A stretch of 64,000 bases of DNA from Rhina ancylostomus (lineage: Eukaryota). The DNA is taken from NCBI GenBank assembly GCA_030265395.1, contig JARFYF010000084.1:10699084-10763083 (forward strand), given 5' to 3'. Position 1 is the first letter of the stretch; each line of letters begins with the position of its first letter. This document shows positions 50,346 through 64,000 of this stretch, piece after piece. A program made the position numbers and the translations under genes. Below the pieces are notes generated by a model. That model made no database searches. It was not told where the DNA came from and saw only the letters and a list, made by a program, of their open reading frames with translations.

Positions 50346-53089
50346 AAAGAAAGTAATTTAAAATTCTGACCAGTACAGGGAAATTGAGGTTTTTTTTGGG
50401 ACTGTGGTCAGTTCATTGGATAAAAGTGCTTTATCTGCACATTATGCAGAAATGCACTAAACCTGAAGAATAATCGTAATGCTGGGGATAAAAACTCAAA
50501 TGAATAAAATCTCAATGTGATATTCCAGATTTGTATTTGTAGGCAGTAACTTTAGACTCCAATTACAATCATTTGAGTTATTATGTCTATCTGAAAGGAG
50601 TTTCTGTATTAACTCACAAGAATGAGGATTAGTATTCCATGTTTTACTTCAGAGCCAAGGACAAACCTCTTGTATAGTTGATGGTTATAATATTTTAGAC
50701 TGATTTTGTATCAACCCATTGAAATTACTTGAAAGAGATTGTCAGAACATAATCATTACTATGAATATTCTGAAGGAAAGTAATTTGATATAACAATTAC
50801 TCTAGTAACTTAGTAATAATTGTTTATTATTGTATTTTAGAAATGCCAAACAGATATANNNNNNNNNNNNNNNNNNNNNNNNNNNNNNNNNNNNNNNNNN
50901 NNNNNNNNNNNNNNNNNNNNNNNNNNNNNNNNNNNNNNNNNNNNNNNNNNNNNNNNNNAAATGCCAAACAGATATAGGAGAGAAAAGGCATGAGATGGGA
51001 TTTAATTCTATAATAAATCAGGAGGCGATTGTATTCATGCAGACCTCATACATGCATGCACGGTGAAGTGAAGCTTTCAAACAGCAGTCTGTTTACCAGT
51101 TATGTTAAGAATTTTTTTTTACAAAAATCAGTTAATTGCTCCATTTATAATCTCCTTATAAAATGTATCCATTAAATGGATTACTAATTTGTACTTGCAT
51201 TATAGTGAATACATGTGCTACTGGACAGAAAATAGTCAAATGTTAATGGTGAAGTCTGGCATTGCTGCACCTGTTGTGTTACCTATTTGGCATAACCAAT
51301 AAAACAAAAAAGGCCATAGTGCATTTCACTTTTTTTGAAAGAGACTTTCCCAGGTGAATTTCAAGCATTTTCTGTTGATTAGTGCTTACATTTTTTTTAC
51401 AGTAGCCAATCAGCAAGCATTGTCCCCTGGATGATTAGATCACTCTGTGCCAAGGTTAAGTGGCTGGTGCTCAAATCTGGCAGCTACATGTGGAATGAAA
51501 TGTCAGTGTTCTCAGCGGGAGGTACTGCTGCAGGAGATGTTTTCTCATTCACTGATGTTGTTGAAGCCTTTGTACAAAAAGGCATAGTCCTATGGGCTAC
51601 TGCCAGATCCAAGAGTACATGTATTTTATGTGAATTTAAAATTAACTGTTCGATTCCACTGGTTTTGAGTGTGTTGGAAACTTAATTCATTTTGGTTATG
51701 TGGCACATAAAATTGATTTAATTATTCTGTAATCTACATCAAGAACAGTCAGCTTTCTTAGGCTAATTTAATGCAATGCTTTTGCTTGGAAGTGAGCACT
51801 CTGTTGCTTACCTTCCTGCACAACCTGTCCATTTATTTGACCATAGCTGAAGAGTCCTCCTATAGAAATGAGAGGTTATAATTTTATGTTAGACTTTACT
51901 GCAGCAGTAACCTTGCTTGAGATAACTTAATGATAGAGGACCCTGACACCACTTTGGTACCAAAGAATTCCAAGTCTGTGTCCCATGTTTACTTAAGGGT
52001 CAGTCTTCTTCAACTCACTGGAGGGGCATCAGAAATTGATGCTGTTCATTTAGTTCATAACTTTTTCAGAATGACTGAAACTAATGGCAACTTGCTCAGT
52101 TATAGTAGTTAAGTCTTCCTCTAGAACGCTGGCAAGAAATGGAAACCAATTGCATTGGTCTTGGTACTGGAGCAGATGTGAGTGACCTTTTTATCATCCC
52201 AAATCTGTTTTGAAGATTGACGATGCTGTTTTTTTATAACAACATCTTCCTTGGTACCCCATGGTCCACATAGACATCTTCTTTTATTCTTCTTCTGTGC
52301 TTTTAAATTCTTTACAGGCATGTAGATTAAAGCACTTCTCAGAGGCCTTGTGTCTTGAAAATTATATTGATTTGTCAGTAAGCAGGTGGTTTACCGGCAG
52401 CTGTACCTACCATAAGCAATTATATTCAGCTGACCAAGGTACCACATTCTGGAATTCTCTTTACCTCTCTTCCTCCCCACCTCTCTGTCCTTCATTAAAG
52501 CCCTCCATTTTGACTGTGATTTTCTTATCTCTCCTATGACCTTGCTTCAGTTTCCTCATACCTCTGTGAAGCACAATGAAATGATTTGCTTGATTAAATA
52601 TTCCATAGGTATTAGCTTTTTAAAAGAACTGAAGTTAGTGAGGCAGCTAATTTCTGGGAATGGATCCTCTTGGAAGCCTGTTTTGAGAAGTCCAGCTACT
52701 TCCAGCAGTGTAATTCTGCACTCATGGAAGCAGTGGCAATAATATGGCTCTTGTGCAGTGTGGATTGCATATGCAGACTGATATGTCTGATTGTGGTACT
52801 TATGCTAATGGACGTCTGTGGACCAAATTGTCCCATGTATGACAATATCATTGCATTGCAGCATGACAGCATCATCAATACAGGTATTAATGATAATGAT
52901 ACAGGTACTAATGGTAAGAATTATATCATTAAATTGCAGGAAATGACAGCTTCTTACCCACCCATCTAAAACAGAACATTCCAATTTACGTTAGCTTTGT
53001 AGGAACCATTTGTGAAACTTTAATATAAAAGTAGGTCTAACTTAAGCAATCTGGTCTTTAACAGACCTTTTTTTTTTGTTAACAAAGAA

Positions 53090-53460
53090 TGTACATTTCT
53101 GTAAGTATCTCATTGATCCCAAAAGCTTCAAAGCCAGTTGATTCTAGTTACTGCTCAAAAACGAGAACAATAAGACAATTGGCCAGATGTTCTGTTTTTA
53201 GTTACACAATACTGAAGTTCTGAAATCCTGAAGTGAAAAAGAAAATGCTGCATATACTCAGTAGGTCAGACAACATCTATGGACTGAGGTTGTCTCTATT
53301 TTAGTTATGCTAATTGAATATTAGGAGGATTAACTGCTCGACACCTTCCTTGGAATAATTACATTTATCCAAGAAGACAAATTAATATGGAAGCATTTAT
53401 TTAGCATCTCATTGAAGAGATATTGCTAGAGCACACAACTTTCAGCTTGGAAACCAGTGT
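53090..53460 (-). mobile_element. Probable Deu-domain SINE remnant with an inserted Penelope-tail piece
   Basis: aaagcttcaaagccag...ccagatgttctgtttttag...tttagcatctcattgaaga resembles DeuSINE cores as recalled; highly diverged. Confidence 0.4.
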
Positions 53461-53609
53461 GCTACTCACGCTGCCACTTAATGTGTACTCACTGTTTTTG
53501 AATATCACCAACCCATCAAAATTCAGTGCTTAAATCCACTGCTTCTGAATTACTAAAATCCAGCAGGTCATTTAGGTGGAATAATTAAAATGTTCTACTG
53601 CCAATTTTT

Positions 53610-54065
53610 TAATCCATTTTTAGTAAGCACAGCACTTTTTGCTTATCTGTAATTGCCTTTGAGAAGATGGTGATGAGCTGCCTTCTTGAAACCCTGCAGT
53701 ACTTATAATGAAGGCCCTCTCACAATGCTATTGATTACAGAGTTCTGGAATTTAGGTTCAGGGACAAAAAGTATGGTGGTACATTTACAGATCAGGATAC
53801 TATTTGACTTGGGGGGGGGGAGGGGGAACATGCAGATGGTGCACCCAATGGCTTTGTCCTTCTTTGTGGGGGCAGTCACAGATTTGAGATGTACTGTTGG
53901 AGTAGCCCAGGTGAGTAACTGTATTTCTAGCACATACACACTACAGCCATGATATATATAAGTCACCTGACCATTTTTTAAAATGGAAGGTTGCGCAGAT
54001 TTGTAAATAGTGATTGGAAACTGAATAAAAGTACAATGAAAGCCACATTTCATTAAGGCCAATTA
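53610..54065 (-). mobile_element. Second LINE family 3' fragment
   Basis: gcactttttgcttatctgtaattgcctttgagaagatggtgatgagctgccttcttgaa. Confidence 0.75.
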
Positions 54066-54684
54066 GAGAAGGTTGTAACTTTTTGTATGATGTTTGTCTT
54101 ATGTGATTTAAAAAACTTAGTGTAATTGTGCAAAGCTTCAAAATGAAAGAATATTAACAACCAACACAAAATGTACACTTAGTGAAATCACCTCTAATCT
54201 CCATTAGAAAGCACTGTAAAATGATAGGATTGCAGATAATTTACAACATTCTGAATAGTGACACCATAATGGCCATTGAATTTTCAAAATCTGGTAAGTA
54301 ATTTATAGTTTTAAATATACATTGTAAATATTTATTTGGACTTAACAGATGATTATGAACAGCATTGAATAAACCTTTCAAACTTGATGTATGACGTTCA
54401 TTGCTTATTATCATTTCTATGCATGTACTTTTGACTTTTTTTCCTCCAGCAAAACCTTTTGTGAAAAACAAAATAGTTGATTGACATTCCAAAGGTAGTT
54501 TATTACGAATTGTTTGTTGTGTCTTCATATGTGATTCTGCCCTTAGACCAATCATCATTTGACATTTATAAAATTGAATGGGAGAATGACTGTATGACAA
54601 TCTTCACCAGATGTTTCAGCTGAAGACCCTTGAAGTATTATCAGGTTTTCTGAATGATAGTGTTCTTCACTGAATGTAATCATT

Positions 54685-55150
54685 TGAACATAAGAACTTA
54701 ATAGAAGCAAGTGTTGACCATCCAGTCCCTCATTCTGCTCCACCATTCAGTAAGATTAAGGCTTGCCTTTTACCTCATAGGCTGAGTGAAAGAAAATGGC
54801 TATCTTTTGATTCCATTAAGAATTAAAATACTATCGACATCTCTCTTGAATCTCGACATCCCTCTTGGATTGGGAATATCAAAGATTCATTATTGTCTGG
54901 ACTAAAACATTTTATCTCATTTCTGTTCTGAATGTCCATTACCTTACCTTGAGAACGTGACTCCAGATAAAGGAACCATCATCCCTTGTTAAGTCTAATA
55001 AGAATTTTGCATGTTTCAGTGAGATCGACTCTCATTCTTCTAAACTCCACAGTGCATAGGCCTATCCTGCTTAACCTCTTTTTTATGATGAACACACCAT
55101 TCCAGAAGTCAGTGGTGAACCTTTGCTGCACTCTCTCAATCATAAGTATA
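54685..55150 (-). mobile_element. CR1 3' fragment
   Basis: gaacataagaac...ctgctccaccattcagtaagat...gagatcgactctcattcttctaaactcc. Confidence 0.8.
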
Positions 55151-55224
55151 TTCTTATAATTAAAAATATAGATAAATATTGTAACACCTGCCCTGCAGGA
55201 GTATCACACAATGTCCATCCCTAA

Positions 55225-55930
55225 TAAGTGAGAATCTAACTCCGATCTCTTGACATTCAATGGAATTATCCACACCTCACCTCTCTCAACAAGATCCAGG
55301 AGCTCACCTTTTACTAGAGCCAAACTAAACTTGGCCAGGGCACGTAAATACTGTGGCTCCAAGCAGTTTAAAGAATAGGTGTTTCTGCCGCAAGAAATTC
55401 ACCTGACTCCGCAAAGCATTTTCATAATTTACAATACAAGACATAAAATTGGAGAAATATCTTTCTCTTGCCCAGTTAAGTGAGGCTGTGATAGCATTCG
55501 AGGCTTTTCATCATCCAAGATGAAGAAATCAATTTCATTGGCACTTCATCTATGACTTCCAACTTCCTCCACTGTTGCTGTCCTATGTCTGCAGTCCCAT
55601 ACAGCCTACAAATACACTATAGCAATTCTGTAAGGCTTATTTTAATCATATCTCCACAATCGTTTCTCTACTGCAAAAATAAGGTTCTTTATGGAGAGTA
55701 GATTTTGCTGATCAGCAGACACAAAGGAGTGACTCCACCTGCAAGTTCTCTTCCAAGTCATAAACTATTCTGATTTGGAAAAATACCATTCTTTTCATTG
55801 TGGGCAAATCAAAATATTAGTCATCCTGACAAGACAATAAGAGCATCTTCACTAAATAGACTTACCATTTCAAGGTGGTGATTCACCATTATCTTTCTAA
55901 GGGCAGTTAAGGATGGGTAATAAACACTTG
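55225..55930 (+). mobile_element. Second LINE family 3' fragment
   Basis: cttgacattcaatggaattatc...taaatactgtggct, with tail gggcagttaaggatgggtaataaac. Confidence 0.7.
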
Positions 55931-56334
55931 TGTGGATATATTTGCTACTGTAGTTTATTTAACAGTTAACGGTCTCTCCACAGTAGCAAAGAAAAATCCC
56001 AGCATTTCTCACAGCCCTTTAGAGTTGCTTCAAGAGCAATCTAAAGGATTGCTAGGCCAACATCCAATTCTATTGTCACAAAAATGCCAAAGTGTCTAGA
56101 GTTTGACCATGTGAAAGTTCCTTTGAGGGACATTTCTTTGTAAATATCTTGGAGTAGTGTTCTGCTTCCTTGAAAGGAAATCCTTTTTGTTTATTGTTTT
56201 GTATATGTACAAACAAGCACCATTATACTTCATTTCACTAAATTCTCTTTTCAAGTGTTTGGAATCTAATGGAGGATTAGGATCCAGCACTCCAGTTATA
56301 AACAAGTAAAATGATTGCTTAGGTATGAATCTAA

Positions 56335-57900
56335 GAGCACAAGAAATAGATGCAGGAGGAACCACTAGGCTCCTCTTGCCAGCTCTGCCATTCAATACAA
56401 TCAAGGTTGATCTTTTACCTTAACACCATTTTCCCACACTAACCCCTGTTGATTCCCTTAATAGCTAAAGTACTCAGCAACTGAGACTCTGCAGCCCTCT
56501 TGTGTTGAGATTTCCAGTGCTTCCTCCGATCTGTCAATGGTGAACTTCTTTATTTNNNNNNNNNNNNNNNNNNNNNNNNNNNNNNNNNNNNNNNNNNNNN
56601 NNNNNNNNNNNNNNNNNNNNNNNNNNNNNNNNNNNNNNNNNNNNNNNNNNNNNNNNNNNNNNNNNNNNNNNNNNNNNNNNNNNNNNNNNNNNNNNNNNNN
56701 NNNNNNNNNNNNNNNNNNNNNNNNNNNNNNNNNNNNNNNNNNNNNNNNNNNNNNNNNNNNNNNNNNNNNNNNNNNNNNNNNNNNNNNNNNNNNNNNNNNN
56801 NNNNNNNNNNNNNNNNNNNNNNNNNNNNNNNNNNNNNNNNNNNNNNNNNNNNNNNNNNNNNNNNNNNNNNNNNNNNNNNNNNNNNNNNNNNNNNNNNNNN
56901 NNNNNNNNNNNNNNNNNNNNNNNNNNNNNNNNNNNNNNNNNNNNNNNNNNNNNNNNNNNNNNNNNTAGTTTCATTAGGGTCCCATAGAACTTCATTCTTT
57001 ATTCTTACACTCGTATCGTTTTGCAATAAAGGCCATTTGCCTTCCTAATTACTTACTGTACTTCTATGTTAACTTTCAATGATTTGTGCACATAGACATC
57101 CAGGTCCCTCTGGACATCAGCACAGTTCACTCTTCAATCTTCTGCATTTCATCTACCAAAATGGACAACCGCATACTTTTCCATATTACATTCCATTTGA
57201 CATGTCCATGCCCATCCACTAAGCCTACCTTTATCCACTTGAAACTGTTCTGGGTCCACCTGAGAACTTGCTGTGCCACCTAGCACACATTTCACTTGAT
57301 CCTCTCAAGTTAAATCATTGATATGGATCACGAACAGCAAGGAAATCGACACCAATCTCTGTGGCACCCAACTAGAAACATAGAAAAACTACAGCACAAT
57401 TCAGGCCCTTTGGCCCACAGAGGTGTGCCAAACATGTCCCTACTCTAGAAGCTACTAGGCTATAGTCACCCAACCTGAAAATGACCTGTTTGTTTGTACT
57501 CTGTTTTCTGTCTAATTTTTAGTCTATATCAATATATAATCCCCATTCCCTTTGCTGTAATTCCATTTAATAAACTCTTGTGTGATTCATAAAAGGCCTT
57601 CTGAAAGTCCACATGCCTATATCAACTGATTTTCCACAGTCTAATCTGCTAGTTATAGCCTGAAAATAAACAGATTTGTCAAACATGTTTTCTCTTTCAT
57701 AAATCCACATCTACTTGCCCAATGATATTTTATTAGTACCTTGTTACCACTTCTTTAGTGATAGATTCTAGTATTTTTTCTCAACTATTGTTATCCAGCT
57801 ACCTGATCCAGAATTCTCCATAATTTCTCTCCCTCCTTTCTAAATGGGATTTTTGGATGATGAGAACTTGTGCTCCACCATCTATAGTCATCTTAAAAGA
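56335..57900 (-). mobile_element. CR1 LINE fragment spanning an N gap
   Basis: Tail gaaatagatgcaggagga...ctgccattcaatacaatc, with RT-region sequence after the gap. Confidence 0.75.
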
Positions 57901-59979
57901 TACAAGTCATCAGATCCTGAGGGCTTATCATGTTTTCTGTGCTTAGGTAAGAAAATGGTGCAATATGGATGTCTTTACCTTGTGCCTTTTTTTATTGTCT
58001 GTCTGGTTAATTCTCTTTGTAGATCAACAATAAAATAAAACTGCCTTTATTTTTCTAACAAACAATTTCTCATCATTATTTGTGATGCTTATTTACTTGA
58101 GTATTTATGTAGAACTTGACTTCATGGATGCCACTTATAACATGAAATCAGCTTTCTGTATTAAGGTATTGCATTTGAAATTTTCACTCTGTATTCATTC
58201 AGTACTTCTTTCCTTAACATTTTTGAATGTTCTATAAGACCCATATTCACTCATATACCATCATTGTATCAATAATGTGAAGGGTTATGTAACCCACTTT
58301 ACACCACTGGACAATGACAGGTCAAATATGTAAACCTTGTTTAGCTCTAGCCTTTTCTCTTTATTGTTCATGATTTAATTTTGATTTTTTTTTTGTGGTA
58401 CCTTTTGTCTCTTTCTCCTAAGTATTTTTCTCTCTCAAACCACATCACACTTTTTTAAAAAATAACCTATGATGTATGGTCCTGTGAGGCTGTAGCTTCT
58501 TTTGTTCCTCATGCTCAAGTACAACCCATTTGCACTTTCTCTTCCTCACTGTGTTAAAGACATATGGTGTAGTCTTCTAGTTAATTCAGCAACTCAAATC
58601 TGTCAGATTTATTTCTTGCAATCCTTCCTTCCTCTTGCAAACCCAGGTTTTTCAAATTAACTTTGGTGTCATCCAATCACTTGCTGATTTATGTTATCTT
58701 CTCCCTTACTATTTTCAGCTATGATAATGAGCTGTGGTGTTCGCCTTTTGTCTTTATCCTTTAAATTATTGCTAGTTTAGAAAGGACACCATAGCAAGGT
58801 AGCAGCTTTCACATTGCACTTTGCATAATGATTTACAGTTGAAGAACAATGAATCTTGTTCTACAGGCAGGTTGGACTAATTCAATGCACTGGTCCACAG
58901 GGCAGTTTAAAACAAAATAGTTGAAAATGTTGTTTTTGGTTACTAGCTCTAGATATGCATGAGAATATCAGGAGTTAGCTGTCACACTCCTTGACATTCA
59001 GTCCCACTGAAGTCAGTGCACAACAGACAGCCCTGTTCTTACTACGTTTGCTGTTAACAGCCATTCATGAACTTCTCCTCTGTTAATTGCATAACCGAAT
59101 GATAGATTATAATGTATCTTTCAGGTTTGAAAACTAGTTTCATTTTACAAATTCACTCACTCTGTTATTTCAGTGTAATAGGTTCCATTCTGGTTTGTAA
59201 CATGATTAGATTGATATTTGGCTGACTGTGGTAAAAGGATTTGCAAGTAACAGGAGATAGAAATTCTGTAATACCTGTCAACCATAAATTGATTAAGTTT
59301 TTTTCAGTTCAGCATTAGCAGCACATCAGAAATCATACATTTGTAGATAACTAGATGTTTGCTGTGGTTTCTGTTCCAGTCAAGGCTTTGGTCAAATCCT
59401 TTGAGTTAGGACCCAACATAGCAGCCCACAGAAAATTCCAGAGGTTTATTGCTCTCTGAGAAAAGAATGAACACCCACCCTTGAATTTGAGCCTACTCTT
59501 ACACAGTCTAAACCTCCAAATCCTAGTCTTCCTCAGTCTATTAAACTGGAATAATCTGTTGATTGGGATGTCATGTAGTCTATAATAATTTTATAGACAT
59601 CAATCAGACCACTTCTTAAGTTTAAATAGAAAATGCTGGAAACGTTCAGCAGGTTAGGCGGAACTGTACCTCTTAATTATTCCCCTTTATGAAGTAAATT
59701 AACCAAAGTTCTTACGTCTGACAGAGCAACTGAAGTTCTTCAAGATGGGAATCATTCTTGTAGCTTTCATGAAGGTTAATCACATTTAATGTGACTATTG
59801 GTTCCTCCTCAACGAGTTCCCATACAGCGGATGATCTTTCCTTTATTGCTTATGAAAATTCTGTGTACTTCAAAGAAGCTTCTACTAAAATGCTCTGTTT
59901 GGACTACTGCAGTGTGAGAATAGACCTCCATCTCCCCTCGTAACTGCAGGAATCCATCCACAATATCATTCAGAGAATG

Positions 59980-60295
59980 ATTCAGCATGGAAATGGGCTC
60001 TTAAGTCCAAATGGTCCATGCTGACCATCAAGCACTCATTTATACTAATACCATTTTATTCTTCCCGCATACGTAGCAACTTCCCCACCCCAACCCTCAA
60101 ATTCTACCACTCAGCTAGAATCTAAGGAGAACTTATAGTGGCCAATTAACCTACCAACACACAAATCTTTGGGTTGTGGGAGGAAACCCACAAGATCACA
60201 TGGAGAGTATGCAAACTCCAGACAGGCAGCATGGAGGTCAGGATTGAACCTAGGTTGCTGGAATTGTGAGGCAGCAGCTTCACCATTGTGCTGTC
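59980..60295 (-). mobile_element. V-domain tRNA SINE with CR1-type tail
   Basis: gtggccaattaacctacc...tgtgggaggaaaccca...tgcaaactccagacag...ggattgaacc. Confidence 0.78.
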
Positions 60296-61074
60296 CTCCC
60301 TGGAGAATCTTCTCTACCTCATTTCAAAGGCTCCAATGCCATTTCTATTGGCATGCTATAATCTTAATTATGGTCTAACCATTTCATTCTGCCAGCTTGC
60401 AAGAACAAAGTATTTTGTTGCTGGGAGTATAATATTTTAAATATAAACACAAAATGCTTGAAATGTTTAAAAAGCAAGGTAGTGAGAGAGAATGTTTTGA
60501 TGACCTTTTGTTGGAACTAAATATGATTTTATAAATTCTATAACTTAATTTTCTCTTTAGGTCTTGTATTCTGTGCCAGCAGTTATAAAGCTAAGCAGTT
60601 TTATGATTGAGTTTTAAATTAATCAAATGGGTCTGCCAAGATGCTTAGATATTTTTATATTTTACTTGAATTTTATTTTTAATATCATTACTGCATTATG
60701 ATTAAAGTGCCAGGGTTGCTAGGTAATGCAGGGGAACCTAATTCACAAATGGAAGGCTTAGAAAGTGATCAGAAGATGATGATGTAATACTAAGTGGCAC
60801 ACATTTGTGACGAGGATCCAATGATGTTGGCAGTAAAGTCTGTTGAAATATTGAATCACTGTAGAAGATTGATCTGCCTTTGGAGCACATATTTCCCATA
60901 GAAGTTAGAATTTGGAATGGTTTTTTTTTGCCATATTAAACAAAGTAGTTGTATTAACCTAAATTAACCTTGTGGCTAATGTCACTCATTCATGGAACTA
61001 TTCTATTAAGTCTCCTCTGTGCCCTAGCCAAAATGATAACCAGAACTAGATGCAGTTTTTTTTTACATCTTTTT

Positions 61075-61300
61075 TTATTTACAGCGTGGTAACAGGCCCT
61101 TTTGGCCCAAGGAGTCCACACTGCCCATTTTAAACCCCAAATTAACCTACCCGTGCGTCTTTTAGAATGTGGGAGGAAACCAGAGCACCCGGAGGAAACC
61201 CACGTAGACACAGGAGAACGTACAAACTCCTTACAGGCGGCGGGAATTGAACCCCGATCGCTGGTAGCTGTAATAGCGTCGTGCTAACCGCTAGACTACC
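61075..61300 (-). mobile_element. V-domain tRNA SINE, tail type B (young)
   Basis: Reverse complement of the family at 34975; retains many CpGs. Confidence 0.9.
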
Positions 61301-61319
61301 TCACAAGATCATTATAGTT

Positions 61320-61700
61320 TCAGCATAACTACCCTGACCAATTATCTCTTTATGAAGCCCAGGACCCATGTGCTTTGTTAACTAGTTTCTCAGTGTGTGA
61401 GATCAATGCATGTGAACAGCCAAGCCCTTCTATCCCTGCGTGCTCTTTAGAACTTGTCACTAAATCTATATTGCCTCTCCCCATCTCTCCAGGCAAAACG
61501 CATCTCCTTGCACTTCATTAATAGCTGCTATTTGTTTCCCATTCTGCTAGCCATGTTCTGTTGCAGTCAATGGCATCATACTGATTGCCACATTACCAAT
61601 TTTGGCAAATTTTGAAACTTTACGCTGTATGCTGATATCCAAGTCATATATCTGTAGTCCTATTACTTATCCTTAGGATGCATCATTGTCTACTTGTTAT
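61320..61700 (-). mobile_element. Old CR1 fragment
   Basis: tttatgaagcccaggacccatgtgcttt...caaattttgaaac...atatccaagtcat. Confidence 0.55.
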
Positions 61701-62337
61701 TACTGGTAGCTACTCAAGAGGATCATTTTGGGTACGAGAAGTTAGATTTCCATTTCTCTAGACTTCCACCTGTTTGGTGCTGGGCAACTTGGGAGGGCGG
61801 AAATAAAATCACTGACATGGATAGTAAAAATCTGAAAGTCAACTGGGCTTATTTACAATAATCTTAAATTGCTTAATTTCATTCACTTTTATATATGTCC
61901 AAAGCTGCCTTGTGATCCAAGTTAATGGAACAAATTGGCGCCCTAATGACATGGTCTTCCTGGTTTTATGGCAAACAGGCTAAATTTGTGGAGCCATCAG
62001 GGGACTATGCTTTTGAAAAACTGAGAAACAGTACTTTGATTTCCTTGTAAACACATATGGGAAAAGATGAAAAGGTGTTGATTTATCCATTCTACTTTGA
62101 AAGGACTGTAAGATGTGATGGCTGACAAATTCATTTTTGGTTACCAGTATGAAGCTTGTGCAAGAGTACTGGCTGGCAGTTCTACACATTGACTTCAGTG
62201 GAACCTAACGGGCAGAGGTGAGTATAACTGGAAGCTGATATTTTGCATATAGTTTGCGCCAGATTCTAAAGATGAACTGTTCTTTCTGTGCACTTTACAC
62301 AGTTCAAAGCAAATCAATGTATGCACTGTGGAATCTC

Positions 62338-62618
62338 TGTAGCAGTTAACATAATGCGATTACAGCACCAGTGACCCGGCTTCAATTCCGGCCGCTATCT
62401 GTAAGGAGTTTGTAAGTTCTCCCCATTACTGCATGGATTTCCTTTGAGTGCTCCGGTTTCCTCCCACATTCCAAAGATGTATGGGTTGGGAAGTTGTGGG
62501 CATGCTATTGTTGGCGCCAGAAGTGTGGTGACACTTGCGGGCTGCCTCCAGAGCACTCTATGCTAAAGATGCATTTCACTATATGTTTCGATGTACATGT
62601 GACTAATAGAGATATCTT
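62338..62618 (+). mobile_element. V-domain tRNA SINE, tail type A
   Basis: Head gtagcagttaac...gacccggcttcaattccggccgct, V core, tail gcatttcactatatgtttcgatgtacatgtgactaata. Confidence 0.88.
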
Positions 62619-63299
62619 AAAAGATGGGTAAGGTTAGATAAAGTAGAGAGGAGATTGTCTTGGTAAATTTATGCATTTAGTGATAAAATAGAGGATAAGC
62701 CCTTTCTTGTAGTTCAGAGGATGTTACTTCAAGTAAGATTAGACTAAACTTTCCAAGAACATTTCAGATTTCTCTCTCAAGTTATGTATTTAAAAAAAAG
62801 TCTGGCTTTCATTCTCACATTATAGTCTGTTATGTTAGATCTTCAACATCTAAAATTTAATTAACCTATCTTGATCCATATTATACAGACTTAAACCTGT
62901 CTGATCTAAATCTTTAATTCATTGAGCAGTAACTCAGTATTCAGGATGTACAATATTAGAATAAGCTACTGGAATTTGTAATGAAATACTCTCAAGGTGC
63001 TTGACAGTATTTGATAGACCTGTACTTTACAATTTTGCATTGATTGGGTACTCTCAGTGTGTGGTTAATAAGAATGATAAGATCTGTCTCATTTCTCTGA
63101 CTACACTCTTGAATATCTCCTTGTGTGCAAATTTCTTTGCTACTGCTACTTTTGTCTGCATTAAATTCAACATCTTATTCCATATTCTGAGTATGATGCA
63201 TACTGGCTGTCCCTGCCTCTCTGATTAGCAACATGCTTCTGTACTTGCACATTCAGCTTTGTACTTGCACAAAGCTTTGTTGGCAGATTTCGTAACTTC

Positions 63300-63735
63300 T
63301 ACTCTCCACTCTTCATTAACTATAGCCTATCAACAAGTCTCGTTCACCTATCACCACTGCACTCCTTGGCCTATGTTGCCTGAGTTTTAGTATTCTCAAC
63401 CTCTTCAAATCTTGACATGATGTTGCAACTCAATCTTGAAACCTTCTTCAGTCTTCTGAGGCCCTGTGATCCTTCAATTTGGTCTTTTGTACATTCTAGA
63501 TTTACTTCATTCTATTATTGCAGATCATGCTTTTAGGAATTTAGGCCTGAGTATGTGGAATTCCCTCATTAAGTCTTACAGTATCTCTAAGACCTTTTAA
63601 AAGATGCCCTTTTTGATCTTGTATTTAATGTCTTTTAATCACATTTTAAGTAATTTACTTGCCATCTAGTTGTTCTCTATGCCTACGTGTATTTTACTGC
63701 TTTAAAGGTGCTAAACAAATAGAAGATAGTGCTGT
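63300..63735 (+). mobile_element. L2-clade LINE 3' end, old
   Basis: cgttcacctatcacc...tggaattccctc, with tail ttttactgctttaaaggtgctaaacaaat. Similar tails at about 16500 and 52430-52600. Confidence 0.6.
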
Positions 63736-64000
63736 TTTTATTAACCATCTGCTGTATACCAGCAACATTAGGTACAATTTTTACACATGAGTTTCTCCCA
63801 TCCTCATGTCCTTTGCATTCTAACCTGAGTAAGCAGGGTCTTGATTAAAAAAAGCATTACTAATCCCAAACAGTTGTCAGGCAATTTGTTTCCAGGCAGA
63901 GCACAGTTGGTATCCATATTACCTAAATTAATCCCAATCATAATGCATTATTTTTAATGACTCGACATTAACTGATAATGATAAGGAATAACCTTGGTCA

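Noticed and set aside
50839-50977. Direct repeat aaatgccaaacagatata on both sides of a 100-N gap, preceded by an acceptor-like tattttag
   Set aside because: Most likely overlapping contig ends rather than a TSD or duplication. No convincing donor or recognisable peptide follows.
51403-51454. Possible exon ttttttttacag|TAGCC...CAAG|GTTAAG
   Set aside because: The donor is weak and the peptide is not recognised.
52670-52969. 99-aa ORF with a donor-like ATG|GTAAG at about 52913
   Set aside because: No recognisable homology and no clear acceptor; insufficient support.
57857-57921. C/D-box snoRNA-like ATGATGA...CTGA
   Set aside because: No terminal stem or evident guide, and it lies at the edge of a decayed CR1 fragment.
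19617-64000. ZFC3H1 as the divergent gene, expected from human synteny
   Set aside because: No EEGELEDGEI-like or other recognisable ZFC3H1 coding sequence is seen. It cannot be fully excluded because of gaps, so no symbol is assigned.

Overview
Vertebrate genomic DNA. The repeat content (CR1/HER1-type LINEs, V-domain tRNA SINEs, Penelope, Rex-Babar, RTE) points to a cartilaginous fish, probably a batoid; this is an inference. The assembly is a gapped draft with many N runs. One protein-coding gene is well supported: a three-exon THAP2 ortholog on the minus strand (CDS 19365-19295, 12859-12667, 11053-10649; about 222 aa; C2CH THAP domain, Ser/Thr-rich linker, EHSY HCF-1 motif, coiled coil). 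It starts in a CpG island (about 18.95-19.86 kb) that looks bidirectional. A plus-strand first exon (donor after 19654) and a 59-nt second exon (26594-26652) suggest a divergent, unidentified transcript with a spliced 4-codon uORF. LINE orientation flips at the island, which independently supports that transcript. The rest is mostly decayed transposons, including a TSD-flanked solo LTR, nested MITEs, and Penelope tails carrying minimal hammerhead-ribozyme-like motifs. No new biological system can be claimed from the sequence alone. Repeat boundaries are approximate unless a TSD or TIR is quoted, and family names come from pattern recognition, not database searches.
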